Shown here: piece by piece, positions 13,392 through 26,740 of the stretch
How the letters are laid out: the number at the start of each line of letters is the position of its first letter
How positions within the stretch are numbered: the stretch's first letter is position 1
Source of the DNA: Eledone cirrhosa
Lineage: Eukaryota
Reading direction: 5' to 3'
DNA length: 64,000 nt
Assembly: GCA_964016885.1 (NCBI GenBank)
Contig: OZ024740.1
Span: forward strand, 239,816,001 to 239,880,000
Made by a program: the position numbers and the translations under genes
The notes under the pieces: model-generated
Database searches by the model: none
What the model saw: only the letters and a program-made list of their open reading frames with translations
Told to the model about the DNA's origin: nothing

Positions 13392-14239
13392 CGAGGTGTG
13401 TCAAAAAAGATTTATTTCAAACCCAAACTTCACACTAAGAGTTTTCTCCTTCAAAGTAATCCCCCTAGGGTCTAATGCACTTTTCCATCCTTTTCTGCCA
13501 CGCTTGCATGCACTCCTGGAAGCATTCTTCCGGGATCCTCCGCAGTTCCGTCGTCACGGACTTTTTGATGTTGTCCATGTCTTCAAAACGGGTCCCCTCC
13601 GGGTCTTACTCGAAGATCCATGACTCACCGGTGATGACTGTCCCTGGCAAGTCTGGCTCGGTTTCAAGACGCTCGAGGATGTCCTGGCACACTTGCAAAC
13701 GTCGACACTTCTGGTCATCGTTCAGCAGTTTTGGCACCATCTTCGCGCAGACTTTCCGCATGTCCAAATCTTCAGTAAGAATCTTCCAGACGCTGTCCCG
13801 ATTCATGCACAGCTCATTTGCCATCAGTCGAACAGTCATCCAACGATCGCTACGCACCATCTGCCTTCCGCTCCTGGGGTCATCTTCCACGAGCTCGCGT
13901 CCTTCTTTATACCTCTTGCATCATTCAAAAACACGTGAGCGTGACATCGTCTCATCTCCATACACTTGCTGCAGCAATTCCAGTGCTTCTGACGGAGTTT
14001 TCCCCAACCGTACCAGAAACTTCAAGTTTATTCGTTGCTCTGTGCTCATTGCTTGACGACCTGAAACAGAGGAAATGTATATAAAATTATGAAGAAAAAA
14101 GTTTGATCGCTGCAGAGAGCTAAGATTACAGTTACATACTCCAGGGGGATTACTTTGAAGGAGAAAACTCTTAGTGTGAAGTTTGGGTTCGAAATAAATC
14201 TTTTGTGACATCAGTCCTGGAACTTTTCTGACACACCTC

Positions 14240-14240
<1 letters not shown>
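13392..14240 (-). mobile_element. Mariner (Tc1/mariner) DNA transposon, internally deleted, in (TA)n
   Basis: TA-flanked TIRs CGAGGTGTGTCA..; minus-strand transposase EQRINLKFLVRLGK..SRSRVFE, EDDPRSGRP-like, KVCAKMVPKLL, ITGESW, C-terminal GDYFEG. Confidence 0.92.
13440..14049 (-). pseudogene. Mariner transposase remnant (HTH + first catalytic motif + C-terminus; most of DDD domain deleted)
   Basis: End of ORF 13921..14403 and ORF 13606..13890; in-frame stops. Confidence 0.85.
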
Positions 14241-14291
<51 letters not shown>

Positions 14292-14294
14292 TAT

Positions 14295-14642
14295 AATTGA
14301 ATATAAAAGAGAGATAAACACAGATATATACATATATGTGTTCAAATCGTAAGGGACCAGATTCGCTAGAGTGAAAAAAAAAAAAAATACTAACTTTAAA
14401 CAATAGGGTTTGCCAGACTCAATTTAAAAGAATAAACAAAAAAAACAAATACAAGCTGCCTGGGTGTCTGGTAGTTACCCCATATCGGTTTGTATTTATT
14501 TTATTGGTTTATTCTTTTAAATTGAGTCTGGCAAACCCTATTGTTTAAAGTTAGTATGCTTTTCACCCTAGCGAACCTGGTCATTTACGATTTGAACACA
14601 TATATGTATATATCTGTGTTTATCTCTCCTTTATATTCAATT
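14295..14642. repeat. ~350-bp fold-back insert next to (TA)n
   Basis: aattgaatataaa...ctcaatttaaaagaataaac mirrored by gtttattcttttaaattgag...tttatattcaatt; centre ~14461-14482. Confidence 0.85.
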
Positions 14643-14914
14643 TCCTTGAGCTATCTAATTGTAAGAGACTATTATGAGTTTCTAAATCAATATATATATA
14701 TATACACGGTGTCCCCAAAAAATGTATACACATTTTGAATACCTGTACAGGCAATAGCTCTTTCTCGTGTCGTATATAGTATATTATTTAATTCAAAATC
14801 TGTATAGTCACAGTAGTATATACATACATAGGTTGTTTACCGACACTTCAGTATGCAGGTTAGAGCACTCAACGAGGTACGTAGGTGGATCTGTTTACTC
14901 CGGATCAATGTAAA

Positions 14915-15208
14915 AACAAGAAATGTAAAGCAACAAGTTAAAATTAATTTTGTTTATTCATATTCGCTGCTATATATATTTCAGTGATATGCTTTCAGTC
15001 CCTTAGAGAATTAACACCACACTCTGGATCTTAACATACCGAATTAATAAGGGTAAATCTATTCCAACATTATGTTTTCCTGTTTTTTCTGTTCAAGTTC
15101 TAAATGCCTGATATAAGCTGTTGAATAATGGCTATCACTGAAATATATATAACAGCGAATATGAATAAACGAAGTTAAATTTAACCTGTTGACTTACACT
15201 TCTTGTTC
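14915..15208. repeat. ~75-bp inverted repeat with ~145-bp spacer
   Basis: gtttattcatattcgctg.tatatatatttcagtgata versus tatcactgaaatatatata.cagcgaatatgaataaac. Confidence 0.75.
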
Positions 15209-15612
15209 ATATATATATATGTGTGTATGGGGGGTGTATGTGTGTGTGTGTGCATATATATATTACTACCATCACTACACCTCTCTCTATATATACACAA
15301 GTATTCATTTTTCCAGTCTCCTTCTCAACAAGGAAAATGAAAAAATCTTGTCTCAACACTTAATTTTAAATCTTTAATTTTTAGTTTTTAATTCTTATTA
15401 ATTCTTTTTAATTGTAATACTCAACATTTGATAAGATGAATTTTACTAATACATCGAAACCAGTTATACTTTATATACCTTATATTCATTATAAAACTCT
15501 TTTTTAAAAGAATGGCCCCTCTTATTTTTTCAATAATGTCACTTTGACGAATCAAAGAAAGGAAAAAAGAAAAATAACAGACCCTTAAATAAATATTCCG
15601 TACTATTTACAA

Positions 15613-15720
<108 letters not shown>

Positions 15721-16480
15721 GAATAATCCCGAATGTATCATCAAGCTGAAACAGCTTGGCACCGCGGTCGGGATTATACCGCTCTGTATCTCCCCATGCA
15801 TTGAGTACTCCTATGATTTGTGATCTCTTCGGTCTCAGCACCGCTGACACTCTCTCTCTCTTCTCTTTACATATACAATATACTACTACTACGTTATATC
15901 GATTTCGAAAAGAGGAGAAGCCGTTATCGTCAACGTTCTTCTCCAATCTTTATTTACCAGAAGGAAGGCACAAATTCCCAGTGCTCACGACTTTGTAGAT
16001 AGTGAAGCCAACGAAATTGGATAGAGTAATACATAAATGTTAAACTCATAAAATTGGTCTATAAATCACCGTGAATAATATATCATCATGCAGTATCGTT
16101 GAAAAAATGGGACCAATAGTGTCTTGACGTATATTTAATATTTAATATTTGACGAGGCATAATGAAATATTATCAGGAGAAACCTGTTAATTTATATTGC
16201 TGTGTAGCTCAAGAAATCCAATACGATGTTTATATAGTAAAAGAATATTTGAGACAACAAAAAGATACAAGACAAAAGTAGTGGAGAAAAATAAGGAGTG
16301 AAAATGTTAGTCACAAACAGAAAGAGGTAGAAAACTCTATACATGAATATATCTGAATATTTAACAGACACAGTGGAACAGTTAAGAGATATATGAGGAA
16401 ACCCGTTGCAGGCATTTACACACATACATACATACATACATACATACATACATACATACATACATACATACATACATACA

Positions 16481-17160
16481 AGATGGCTACCCCCTCGTTA
16501 TCGAGTATGGCCATTGCACGACATACCATGACGCATTGAGTTACGGCCCTTGCCATTCTGAGTTCAAATAACGCCGAGGTTAACTTTGCATTTCATCCTT
16601 ACGGGGTCGATAAAATATAGTACCAGTAATACACTGGATAATTGCTGGCATTGTGCCAAAAGTAGAAACAATTAATTAATTCTATCGTGCAATGCCTGTG
16701 CGTGATCTTTTTTAAAGTGAGGAAAGACTGCGCACTGAGCCAATCGCTCTCTCTGAGCGACAGTAGCTATAACTCGAAAAGAAGTTACCAGTAGCACTCA
16801 AGAGTGACCCGACATAACATAAAAGATCAACATCATCGGTAACTACTGAGCCGCAGGTTTTATATCGGAGTTATCCCAGTTTCCTGAGTTGCCTTCTCCT
16901 AGAAGAATGTCGACAAAGGCTATGGGTCCTTCACTCCCAGTAGTTTAACCGCGCGGTACATGTGTATATACATACTTACACACTTTCGGATGGCGTTGAC
17001 TCTTATGAGTTCTTCCGCCCTTTGTCAGATTTTATTTTTTGTCCTGCAGGTTGTCCAACTTGGTGGGGTTGCCGGTTTAGCCGCCTCCGACCCGACCATG
17101 CGACATGTACTGGGTTACATGTTACCAGTAGCACTCAATAGAGATCCGACATAACATAAA
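16481..17160. mobile_element. Non-autonomous repeat (RTE 5'UTR-like on minus strand) interrupted by a SINE 3' part at 16540-16673
   Basis: Homologous to 17538-18180; internal direct repeat gttaccagtagcactcaa..ccgacataacataaa (16784-16823, 17121-17160); RTE affinity is from memory only. Confidence 0.5.
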
Positions 17161-17355
17161 TAATACGTAATTACATACATATATACATACATACATACAT
17201 ACATATATACATATATACATACATATATACATATATACATATATACATATATACATACATATATACATATATACATACATATTTACATATATACATACAT
17301 ATATACATATATACATATATACATACATATATACATACATATATACATACATACA

Positions 17356-17526
17356 GAGCGCAGCTCCCTAATTCAGAGTCTACAAATGGCTGCGATAGTT
17401 GGCACCTTCAAAATTTGCAAAACATTCTTGCGATTCAAGGGATGACAATTTCTTTTCTTCTACAACCTTGCCACCAGGAAGGTGGCCGGTCAAAAATATA
17501 TACTCGAAATTAAGAGAAAGAGATAA
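17356..17526 (+). mobile_element. 3' fragment of a Dong/R4-like element within (CATA)n
   Basis: Translates [23 protein letters not shown], matching LVRKLQVQSINGTVKICKTFQKF at the end of ORF 21129..22049. Confidence 0.75.
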
Positions 17527-17537
17527 CATACATACAT

Positions 17538-18180
17538 GATGGCTGCCAACTCGTTTTCGAGTACGGTCACTACTTTATATCCGTGTAGGAGAACCCCTAC
17601 CGATGCGCTGAACGAGTGTGGCTTTTTAGTCCAGCCAGCGACTTGAAAACTCTGGTACAAACACTACACTTGTGACAATTATTGACACATAGTGCTGGGC
17701 CTATGGTACCATGTGACGACAAGTGCAGAGAGATCTCCAGATATAAAGCAATGCCTGTGCCGTGAAGCTTTTATAGTGAGCAAAGGCACTGCACAAAGCC
17801 AGTTCCACTCTCTTAACCAAGATGATATTTACCAAAGAGATGAACAAGTCAACATCATTGGATACCATCAGAGTTGCAGGTGTTATATCAGAGTTTTCCT
17901 TCTCCTAGAATTCTGCCTTGACAAAGCTAAGGAGTCATCTCTCCCGTTGATTTTGGATGGCCTTTGACTCTTAAGAGCTCCTTTGCCCTTTGACAGGTTT
18001 TGTTTTTAATCCTGCAGGATGTCCAAAGTCACCCTCCTCACCAAGAAACCTTGGTGAGGAGGGTGACTTTGTATCCCAGTACAACCTGTCTCATGGTCGG
18101 GTCGTTGGCGTCTAAACTGGCAACCCCACCAAGGTTTCTTGGTGAGGAGGGTGACTTTGGACATCCTGCAGGACTAAAGA
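17538..18180. mobile_element. Second copy of the 16481-17160 repeat with inverted terminal segment
   Basis: Shared gatggct.cc..ctcgtt.tcgagta, gcaatgcctgtgc, cctgcagg.tgtccaa; 18011-18060 inverted at 18124-18172. Confidence 0.55.
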
Positions 18181-18188
18181 TACATACA

Positions 18189-18220
<32 letters not shown>

Positions 18221-21200
18221 GACAGTCAACGCCATATGTCGCATACTTTGGTGTGGGAGACTATTTATTAAATTTAAGATGAATACTATCTCCGACAGTA
18301 ATGCGACAACTACAGCCAGGTTGAATAACTGGTTATTCTTCTAACTATCCCTTCTGAAGACACCTTTTATTCCAATTCGTAGAGATATCCGACTAAATAC
18401 ATAATTCATTTTACAAGGATTTGCTACAAACAGCATGGCTGAACACAACATCAACAAAAAATTAACAAATAACAAGGAAGGTAATCAAACTTTATTCAGT
18501 TGTAACTACAGAAGAAACCGAAATTATAAATCGCATTTCTCTTGGAGTTGCGAACTTAATAATGATTTATTTAATTGTTATAAAATGGCAAAAAATAATC
18601 CCCCCATTGGCTATATGAATAGAATGAAGCTACACTAGGACGAAATGCACCCAGAGTTAAATTATTTCACAGCGAAACAATTACGCCAACAAGCGACGTT
18701 TGTTGAACGTAAAAATAAGATAAATATTAGTAATTGTAAGTCCCTTCCTAGCAGTCAGGTCGAATAGCGCCTTGAAACAACTATGGCTGTAAGAAGCTTG
18801 ACACAACCTGTACCATTCAAGTCTACCTCGACTGCTGGGAAAAACACTATCGATAATAATAATAATCGAAGAAATAATAATAATAATCGAATAAATGTGA
18901 CACCACGTATACCATCCGAGTCTACTTCGGCTGTTGTCGAAAATACTATCGATAATCAAAAGTATAAACAATTGAAAATTTCCCTCAACGAAATCTTCCA
19001 AAGAGAAATTAACTCATGTATAAATATCTCTCTTTCTGAACGTGTTAAAATGACAATGGTGAATAAAAAACCAAATAATGAAATACTACGTGTTATTGAT
19101 GAAATAGGGGATGAATATTTACGACGGATAAAAGCCCCAACATCTTGGCAAATCAACGCCTGTTTATATGCCTGAGCAATGACAGTGAAGCAGCATTATC
19201 TTGGTGTTAGCAGAGATATTAACAAGAACAAAACACCACCAAAAATACCATCATATATAACTTAAATAGAAAAAAAGAGTGCTGACCTACGAAAAAACAT
19301 AGGACATGTGACAATGCTCCTTACATGCAAACAAACACAAAAAACCTCACTCCTCACCAACAAAGAGTGAAAAATAAAATAGAGACGATGTTTGGTAACT
19401 GTAGCACCAGAACTCTCCAATATAAACTGATCACCCTCAAACAAGAATTGAGAGCTGTTAGCGAAAAACGCCGATATCTGAAGAGGGTAGATGAGATAAA
19501 AGTGATTAATAAAAGATTCAGACGAAACAAAACATCAGTCTATAGAGATATGAAGGGCAAAATAATAAGTGTCACTGAGGCCCCATCCCAGAAAGACATA
19601 GATTCCTTTTGGAGAAAAATATGGGGTGAAAAGAAGAATTTCAACCAAGATGCAGTGTGGCTAAGAGAAATCCGAAAGAACTATTGCTCTCACATTACAA
19701 CAAAAACATACGAAATAAGTGAGGGTACCCCTGAGACTGTGATAGGAAAACTCCAAGATAAGAAAACTCCAGGAAGAGACATGATTGTCGGCTACTGGTA
19801 CAAAAAACTAATATTCTATCGGAGGTATCTTACTGACCTCTACCAACAAGTTCTTAAGGGGGATACACTTATACCAGAATGGTTGACATTAGCACAAACG
19901 TTACTGGTCCCCAAGAACAAAGACACCCACTTGGCAAAAAACTACCGACCCATTGCATGCCAGATCCTGATGTATAAGATGTATACAGCCTGCCTCAACC
20001 TATTCCTCCAAGATCACTGTGAAAATAATATCATCACAGATGAACAAGCAGTTGGAAAGAAAGGGGTTTGGGGATGTGCTGAACAACTCCTAATCAACAA
20101 AACTGCGATGTCGGAGGTGCGACAACTTAGGAGGAATATGACTACAGTCTGGCTGGACTACAGGAAAGCTTTCGATTCTGTTCCCCACTCTTGGATGATA
20201 GAGGCCCTCCAACTTGCAAAAGTCACAGACATTATTGTCAGAGCCATAGAGAGGCTGTCTTCTTCCTGGGCTACTATTCTAAGGTTAAAGACAGAGAGGG
20301 AGGACTCTATTTTCACTGATAAAATAAAATATTGCAGGGGTATATTTTAGTGGGACAGTCTCTCTGTGATATTATTCATCTTGTCATTAAACCCCTTGTC
20401 CTTTCTGCTCAAGAAATGTGAGGGATACATAATTGGCTCACAGGAGGACAGAAATACGAACCTAACCCATAATTTCTTAGTGGACGATCTGAAACTCTAT
20501 GCCAAGAACATGGATGGGATGAAGAAAAATCTTGACCTGGTTACAAATTTCTAAAAGGATATAGGAATAAAGTTTGGCCAAGATAAATGCTCATACATGA
20601 CTGTAAAGCGGGGAAAAACAACAACCTAAACTAGCAACATTGTCATCAATGGTCTAACTGTTTCACCGATATCTGATGAGGACTGATACAGATACCTGGG
20701 GATGGATGAGAACATATCCTATAATGAAAATCTGTAATAAAGAACGCGTAACCAGGGAATACTACACCCGATTAAGAAAGATCTGGTCATCGGAACTCTC
20801 TGCGCAAAAAAAAAAACAGTGGCTCACAATGTGTTTGCTGTGTCTGTCCTAACACCAACGTTTGGAATACTCAATTGGACGATAGACGAAATCCGAGCAG
20901 TTGATGTTGGAACTCGAAAAATACTGAACAACACCGGAAATTTCCACATCAACAGTGACATAGACCGCCATTACTTGAAACGTAAGCAGGGAGGCAGAAG
21001 CCTAACATCAGTCCAGACAACATTTGAATGTCGCATCATATCTCTCCGACAACATCTACGAACCTCGAAGCGTAGGAGCCCGCTTCTCGAGCAAGTCTAT
21101 CTGCATGAAACAGATAAGATCGTGACAGTTGGGAAGGAACTCCTTGAGAGATATTCCCTGTGTGATAATCAAAAACTCACACCCAGGGATGTTGCTCAGC

Positions 21201-22276
21201 AGTATCGCAGTGAATCCATGGATGAAAAAACTGCATACCTATCAGCAAAAAATCATGCATGGATATGTTGCCAGGAAGCTCCAGAGTGAGAGTAATATAG
21301 ATAAGGAAAGTAGTCTATCTTGGACCAACAACCGCTATATTGGCTCCCACTTTGAAGGATACGCTTTTTCAATCCAAGAACAGGAAATTAATACGAAATA
21401 CATGATTCACAAAAGAGATAGGGATCCAGGCAAAACACCTAGATGTTATAATAAGTGCAGACTCTGCAGAATTAACATCCAATATGTCACCCATGTCATC
21501 AGCAGCTGTTCAAAGATGTCATCGCGGTACTATCTACCTATGAGGCATGATGTTGTGGCCAAAACACTGTACAACGCAGTTCGTAAAAAAGATAGCCCCG
21601 ATAATAAACACATTAAAAGCTACAACAATCTGGAAGACACCGATGTACATAATATGAAAGAGTACTGGTGGAATATTCTAGTAAAAACCCCAATAAAATG
21701 CAGGCATAACAGACCAGATATTATGATATGGGACAGGGAGAAGAAAACATGCACAGTAGTGGAAATTAGCTGCCCAGCAGATGCCAATATAATATCAAAG
21801 ATTAGTGAGAAGGAGAATATTTATGCAGAACTGATGAGAAATCTGCAGATACTCCACCCTGATTACACCTTCAGATTTATGCCTGTGGTTATTGGGGCAC
21901 TGGGATATGTTAGTAACTGCCTCAATACTAATCTTGAGAAGCTAGGCTTCACAGGAACAGAAAGAACACAACTAGTTAGGAAACTACAAGTACAATCCAT
22001 TAATGGAACAGTAAAAATATGTAAAACATTCCAAAAATTTTGCATCTAATAACTGCATATACACATGTTCAGATACAAATCATATACACATGCACACATA
22101 CAACTCAAAACATACACATCCACACATACAATAACATCCATATCTACACATGCAGACATACATACATATCTACCTAGTTTATATTGTGTAAATTCCAATG
22201 AGAGAGTCTTGTGTCTATGTTGGAAACCGACTCTCTCTCTATTGGTAAACTTTGTTAAATTATAAAACCAGAAGAA
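18221..22276 (+). mobile_element. Dong/R4-like RLE non-LTR retrotransposon, near full length, decayed, flanked by (CATA)n
   Basis: RT motifs KNYRPIAC, WLDYRKAFDSVPH, CRGIF*WDSLS, FLVDDLKLY; CRLC..HVISSC finger, RHD, RPDI..D, VEISCP, PVVIGALG restriction-like endonuclease; (TACA)n on both sides. Confidence 0.9.
18435..22049 (+). pseudogene. Single ORF (RT + CCHC + RLE endonuclease) of the Dong/R4-like element, multiple stops and frameshifts
   Basis: ORFs 18435..18638, 18783..19175, 19325..20350, 20366..20554, 20819..21289, 21129..22049 collinear. Confidence 0.88.
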
Positions 22277-23087
22277 CATACATACATAAATACATACATA
22301 CATACATATATATTGCTTCTATGTATGTTTGCGTGTGTACATACATTTGTCATTGCGAGTGTTAATTCATTGCCACCTTCAATGTTGTCTTCATTAGTCA
22401 TAATTTCATTATCACCAACTTTAATAGTGTTAACGTTCATTTCAATTTCGTGGCTACTGTAGACTGGAGCAATTTTCTTTTATTGTGAAGAGTGTGCGAT
22501 TGGTATTAATGGTTACTTATCTGAAAATTGTAAACTAATGTAAACATTTTAAAGTTTAGTAAAGTATTACAAGTTTAGAGTAAAGAAATTGCCGCACCCC
22601 CTTACATCACATTTTAACTTAAAATACACACATTTTAACTTAAACACTATACTATTTACGACACGAGAAAGACAAAAGCGAATAGCATAATTGTAACCTT
22701 TATGACAAAATTATATAAAAATAATGAAGTATTTAATATTAAGTTAACCATAAAGAAAAATAAAGTAGCATTGCAAAAGACTATAAATGAAAAGAAAAGG
22801 CGGGAAAGGGCAAGGATTATTAAGCGACGAAAGAAAGGAGGAACAGGGAACAGGGTGACAGACTCTACACCTAAGTCAGAGTGGTGTTTTAGCTGCGCCT
22901 CGTAGAAAAATTGGCAGAGGCATTTCTGCGGAGAATGGCTAGTGACACCCGCTGCTACAGCCACCACCTCTGACGGGCCTCATTATCATTTGTTTCATTA
23001 TTCACAATGTTTCATTCTCTAAATATATTTCCACCAATGTACGGCATATGTGTGTGTTGGCATATATAAATATATATATATATATAT

Positions 23088-23405
23088 ACGATATTAATAA
23101 ATGGAAACTATATTTATAAAACCATATTTATTTCATTATACATATTTCAGTGAAACCACATTAAATTATGGTATGCCTTCATCAGACAAAATACAATATA
23201 TAACAGTTTTACAAATAGCTTTGACGTACCCTTTTAAAATGCAACCATTACTTTTGCAGGCTGTCTGGATAGTGATTTGTTTTATAAATATAGTTTCCAT
23301 TTATTAATATCGTATATCTACTGCAAAAACTTGTCGAGTGCTTTATATCAGTTATAAAAATATTTACTTGTTGTATCCCAACAATTTTAAATAGAACTTT
23401 TGCAT
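23088..23405 (-). mobile_element. (TA)n-embedded HHR-bearing mini-element (family also at 55458-55716 and ~58230-58435)
   Basis: Near-duplicate at 55458-55716; inverted end ~23085-23122 / 23280-23316. Confidence 0.75.
23130..23192 (-). ncRNA. Type I hammerhead ribozyme motif
   Basis: Minus strand: AUUUUGU-CUGAUGA-stem II (ACCAUA/UGUGGU)-GAAA-UAUGUAU-A|AUGAAAU; stem I with two G-U pairs. Confidence 0.65.
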
Positions 23406-24126
23406 ATATATATATATATATATATATAATGTAGGAAGTGAGTTTTATTGTAGCATTTGTAGTACAATAAAGCGATGCAAATATCGGATAAGTAGCACTC
23501 TACAGTTTGTAGGACTGGAGTATAAATAATATAAGATCAAAAGATGGTTAAAAGAGTTCCAAGTATTTTATTATGCGCATTTCAATAACAAATATCATCA
23601 TTCGATGATATCTGCGTTCTCATCAGATAAAATAGGGAGAATGATATGAAGCTTAAAAAACACTTGTGAATAGTGAAGTTTTAAATCAACGTATGAAAAA
23701 TAAATTAAGATTGATGTATGAGATAGGAAAAAGTGAGGGTGGGTTGGAAAAGGTAAGGAAGAGGAAGAAATAAGAGTAAAGGATGGTGGGGGAGAAGTAT
23801 AAGAAGGAAGGATGAGAGAGGAGGAGAGATGGGTGATAGAGAGAGAGAGAGATAGCCTTTACAACTGAAGGAAAAAAAATTTGTCTCACAGAGAAATTAA
23901 AAAGCCGTTGGAAGATAATAGATAATTTAAAAGATTTTGAAATTAAAAGTTAATGAGGTTTATGCATGAAGAAAAAGGTATTAAATTAAGTTTTGTCTAT
24001 TGAAGGGTTTAATAATATGTGCGAAGAAAAGAATTTATTAATATGTATTATTAAAATAAAAATATTAATGATATTAAGGATATAATGTGAAAAGAAGGAG
24101 AAGAATGAATGAGTTATGAATTTAGA

Positions 24127-24490
24127 GGAATTAGTTAGGTTTAAGTTTGTTTTTATGTAATGTAATATGTGTACGTAAATAGTTTGTTTAAAATAAGCGC
24201 GGAAGGAAAGAAGAAAAGAATGTTTAAGGAAGAAAATATCTAACATCAAAAAGTATATATGTTTACGTAATATTTTCTAATGGTAATAATATAATATATT
24301 AAAAGAAATTAGTTAGGGTTTAAGTTTGATTTTATGTATTGTAATATGTGAAAGTCAAATTAAGTAGTAGGTTTAAAACGAGCATGAAAGGATGGAAGAG
24401 ATATGAAAAATTTAAGGAAGAAAAAAATCTAACGTCAAAAGTGTATATGTTTACGAAGGACTTCTAATGGTAATATTATAATGTATTAAA
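24127..24490. repeat. Diverged tandem duplication, ~180-bp unit x2
   Basis: aattagttagg(g)tttaagtttg...tatatgtttacg...ctaatggtaata repeated. Confidence 0.75.
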
Positions 24491-24699
24491 AAAATAATTT
24501 TTATGGCCAATGATATGAGGAAAGATGGAAGAATGGATAATGTTGTGGTGAGTAATAATATGAATTGAGAAGTAGTTGGGAAGAAAAAGTACAGATTCAC
24601 TCTCTTTGACTCTGCCCTCTCTCTTTTTATATATGTGACCGCCTACCTAACACAAATACACACAAGCTGAAACCACTTGGCGCCAAGATCGTGATTTTA

Positions 24700-24802
<103 letters not shown>

Positions 24803-24896
24803 GTAGAACACTGGAGGGGTATATCCGTAGTAGTAGAGCACTCAGTCAATGGGACGAGTTTGGTAGAAGTACTTCCACAACAGTTAGTTCACAATA

Positions 24897-24937
24897 CCGA
24901 GAACAAAAGTTTCACCTTATGCGGACCATCAGCTCGG
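24897..24937 (-). ncRNA. Minimal type I hammerhead motif (A9>G substitution)
   Basis: CCGAG-CUGAUGG-U-CC-GCAUAA-GG-U-GAAA-CUUUUGU-U|CUCGG. Confidence 0.6.
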
Positions 24938-24945
24938 TCTCAGAT

Positions 24946-24983
24946 CGAGCTGATGATCCGCTAAGGTAAAACATTTGTTCTCG
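24946..24983 (+). ncRNA. Minimal type I hammerhead motif (G12>A substitution)
   Basis: CGAG-CUGAUGA-U-CC-GCUAA-GG-U-AAAA-CAUUUGU-U|CUCG. Confidence 0.6.
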
Positions 24984-25514
24984 GTATGGTGAACTAACTG
25001 TTGTGGAACTACTTCTATATATATAGAGAGAGAGAGAAGAAAACACAAAGGGGTATGTTTTCAATTACGAGGGGTAGAGAACCACTAGAGAGAAAAACAA
25101 ATTCTACGAAAGGAATGGAATATGCATATTAATTAAAGGAATAAATGAAAATGTACAATAGACCACCCTTTATAATAATAAAACACCTGGACAAACTATA
25201 AGAAGAGAATATTTCGCCATAAATAGTGTCGATACTATACCTCTCAAGGCTTCTCAACAGGTGTAAAGACAGAATAGTTCGACACTTCTAAAGAATCTTC
25301 AGACAACTGCAATATCGCACATGGTGAAAGATGAGACGAAGTACTGTCTAGCGCGCATTATTATCGCGAGTTTCTAACTCCGTTTTTTCATTTGATATAT
25401 ATATATATATATAGTTATATATGTGTGTGTGCGTGCGTGCTGTGTGTGTGTGTGTGTGTGTGCATGTGTGTTTACGCGTGTGTATGCGTGTGTACGTATG
25501 TATGAATGTATGTA

Positions 25515-25559
<45 letters not shown>

Positions 25560-26740
25560 CAAAATATATATATATTATTCAAAATATTAACAAATGAAAA
25601 ATATTCTCATAATCAAAATATATACTTTATTATATATATTTCAGAGGTACTGTGTTGTTTTTTCAGTACGATCTCATCAGACAAAATATATGATTTGATA
25701 TAGGACATACCACTACGGTCTTGATTGTTCAATTCCAGTATTGGTAGTGATTTATTTCATCAAATCTCAATGTTTATATACCACAAATATGATAAACTTA
25801 AAGAAGAAAAGGACGTAGAGCAAATTAGAGATATGAGAGAGGGTGTAGAGAAGAGGAAAGGCAAGAAAAAAATAATAAATAAATACATACATAAATAGAT
25901 AAATGAATAAAAAATAAATGGATGAATGAGTAAAAGAAATATATAAAAAAAGAAAAGAGGAATAACGACAAAAGAGAGGAAGGTATGGGGAAAGTAAAGG
26001 GAACAGGGGGGGGGGGGATAAAGAAAATAAAGAAAAATAAGGGAACATCAAATAGAGAGGGGAGAGAGAAAAAACCGTTGTTTTCAAATGCTAGATCAAA
26101 TAGGACATCCAATCAATTCACCATCAATTGAATATCTATTGTATTTGATTATGCTTTAGCTAATTATACTTATATATTAAACCAAAATTAATCAGTATAG
26201 ATTACTTTCTATAGCAATCACATATATAGTTTAATTAAAAATTTATATAATTTAATTTAATTCATTATAGATTATTATTTTTAATTTTAAGGTAAGATAT
26301 TCTATAAATATTTTGTTACAACTTTAAAAGAATTAATCTTTAAAGCGTATTTAAATAATTATTAAATATGTATTAAAATCTAATACATATAATATATTTA
26401 GATCATTTATTACTCAAATTATTTTATTTAATTATACAATCTTACTATTCTTTAATTTTCATTTAATCCCTAGGATTAAACTGCAGTTACTCTCAAATGT
26501 TGTTACATTAATTAATTATAGGTTATATTTATATATTTACTTCTGTATTTACTTATTTTTATATATAGTTTCCTTTTAATGATAGTCTATATATTATTAA
26601 TCTACATATTTCATATCTAATATAATTTAGCAAGCTAGTCAAAAAGAAAAGAAATGTTTACGGACATTGTAAACAAAAGGAAGATAACTCATTCACCATA
26701 CAAACATTTATAACATATCTCTACCCTCACATTCCCGATA

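Noticed and set aside
14704-14740. Tc1-like TIR (tacacggtgtccccaaaaaatgtatacac)
   Set aside because: No partner TIR or transposase found nearby
25655-25685. CTGATGA..GAAA on the minus strand (similar isolated motifs at ~10235, ~23620, ~36040, ~45390, ~51228)
   Set aside because: Stems I-III or the NUH triplet could not be formed convincingly
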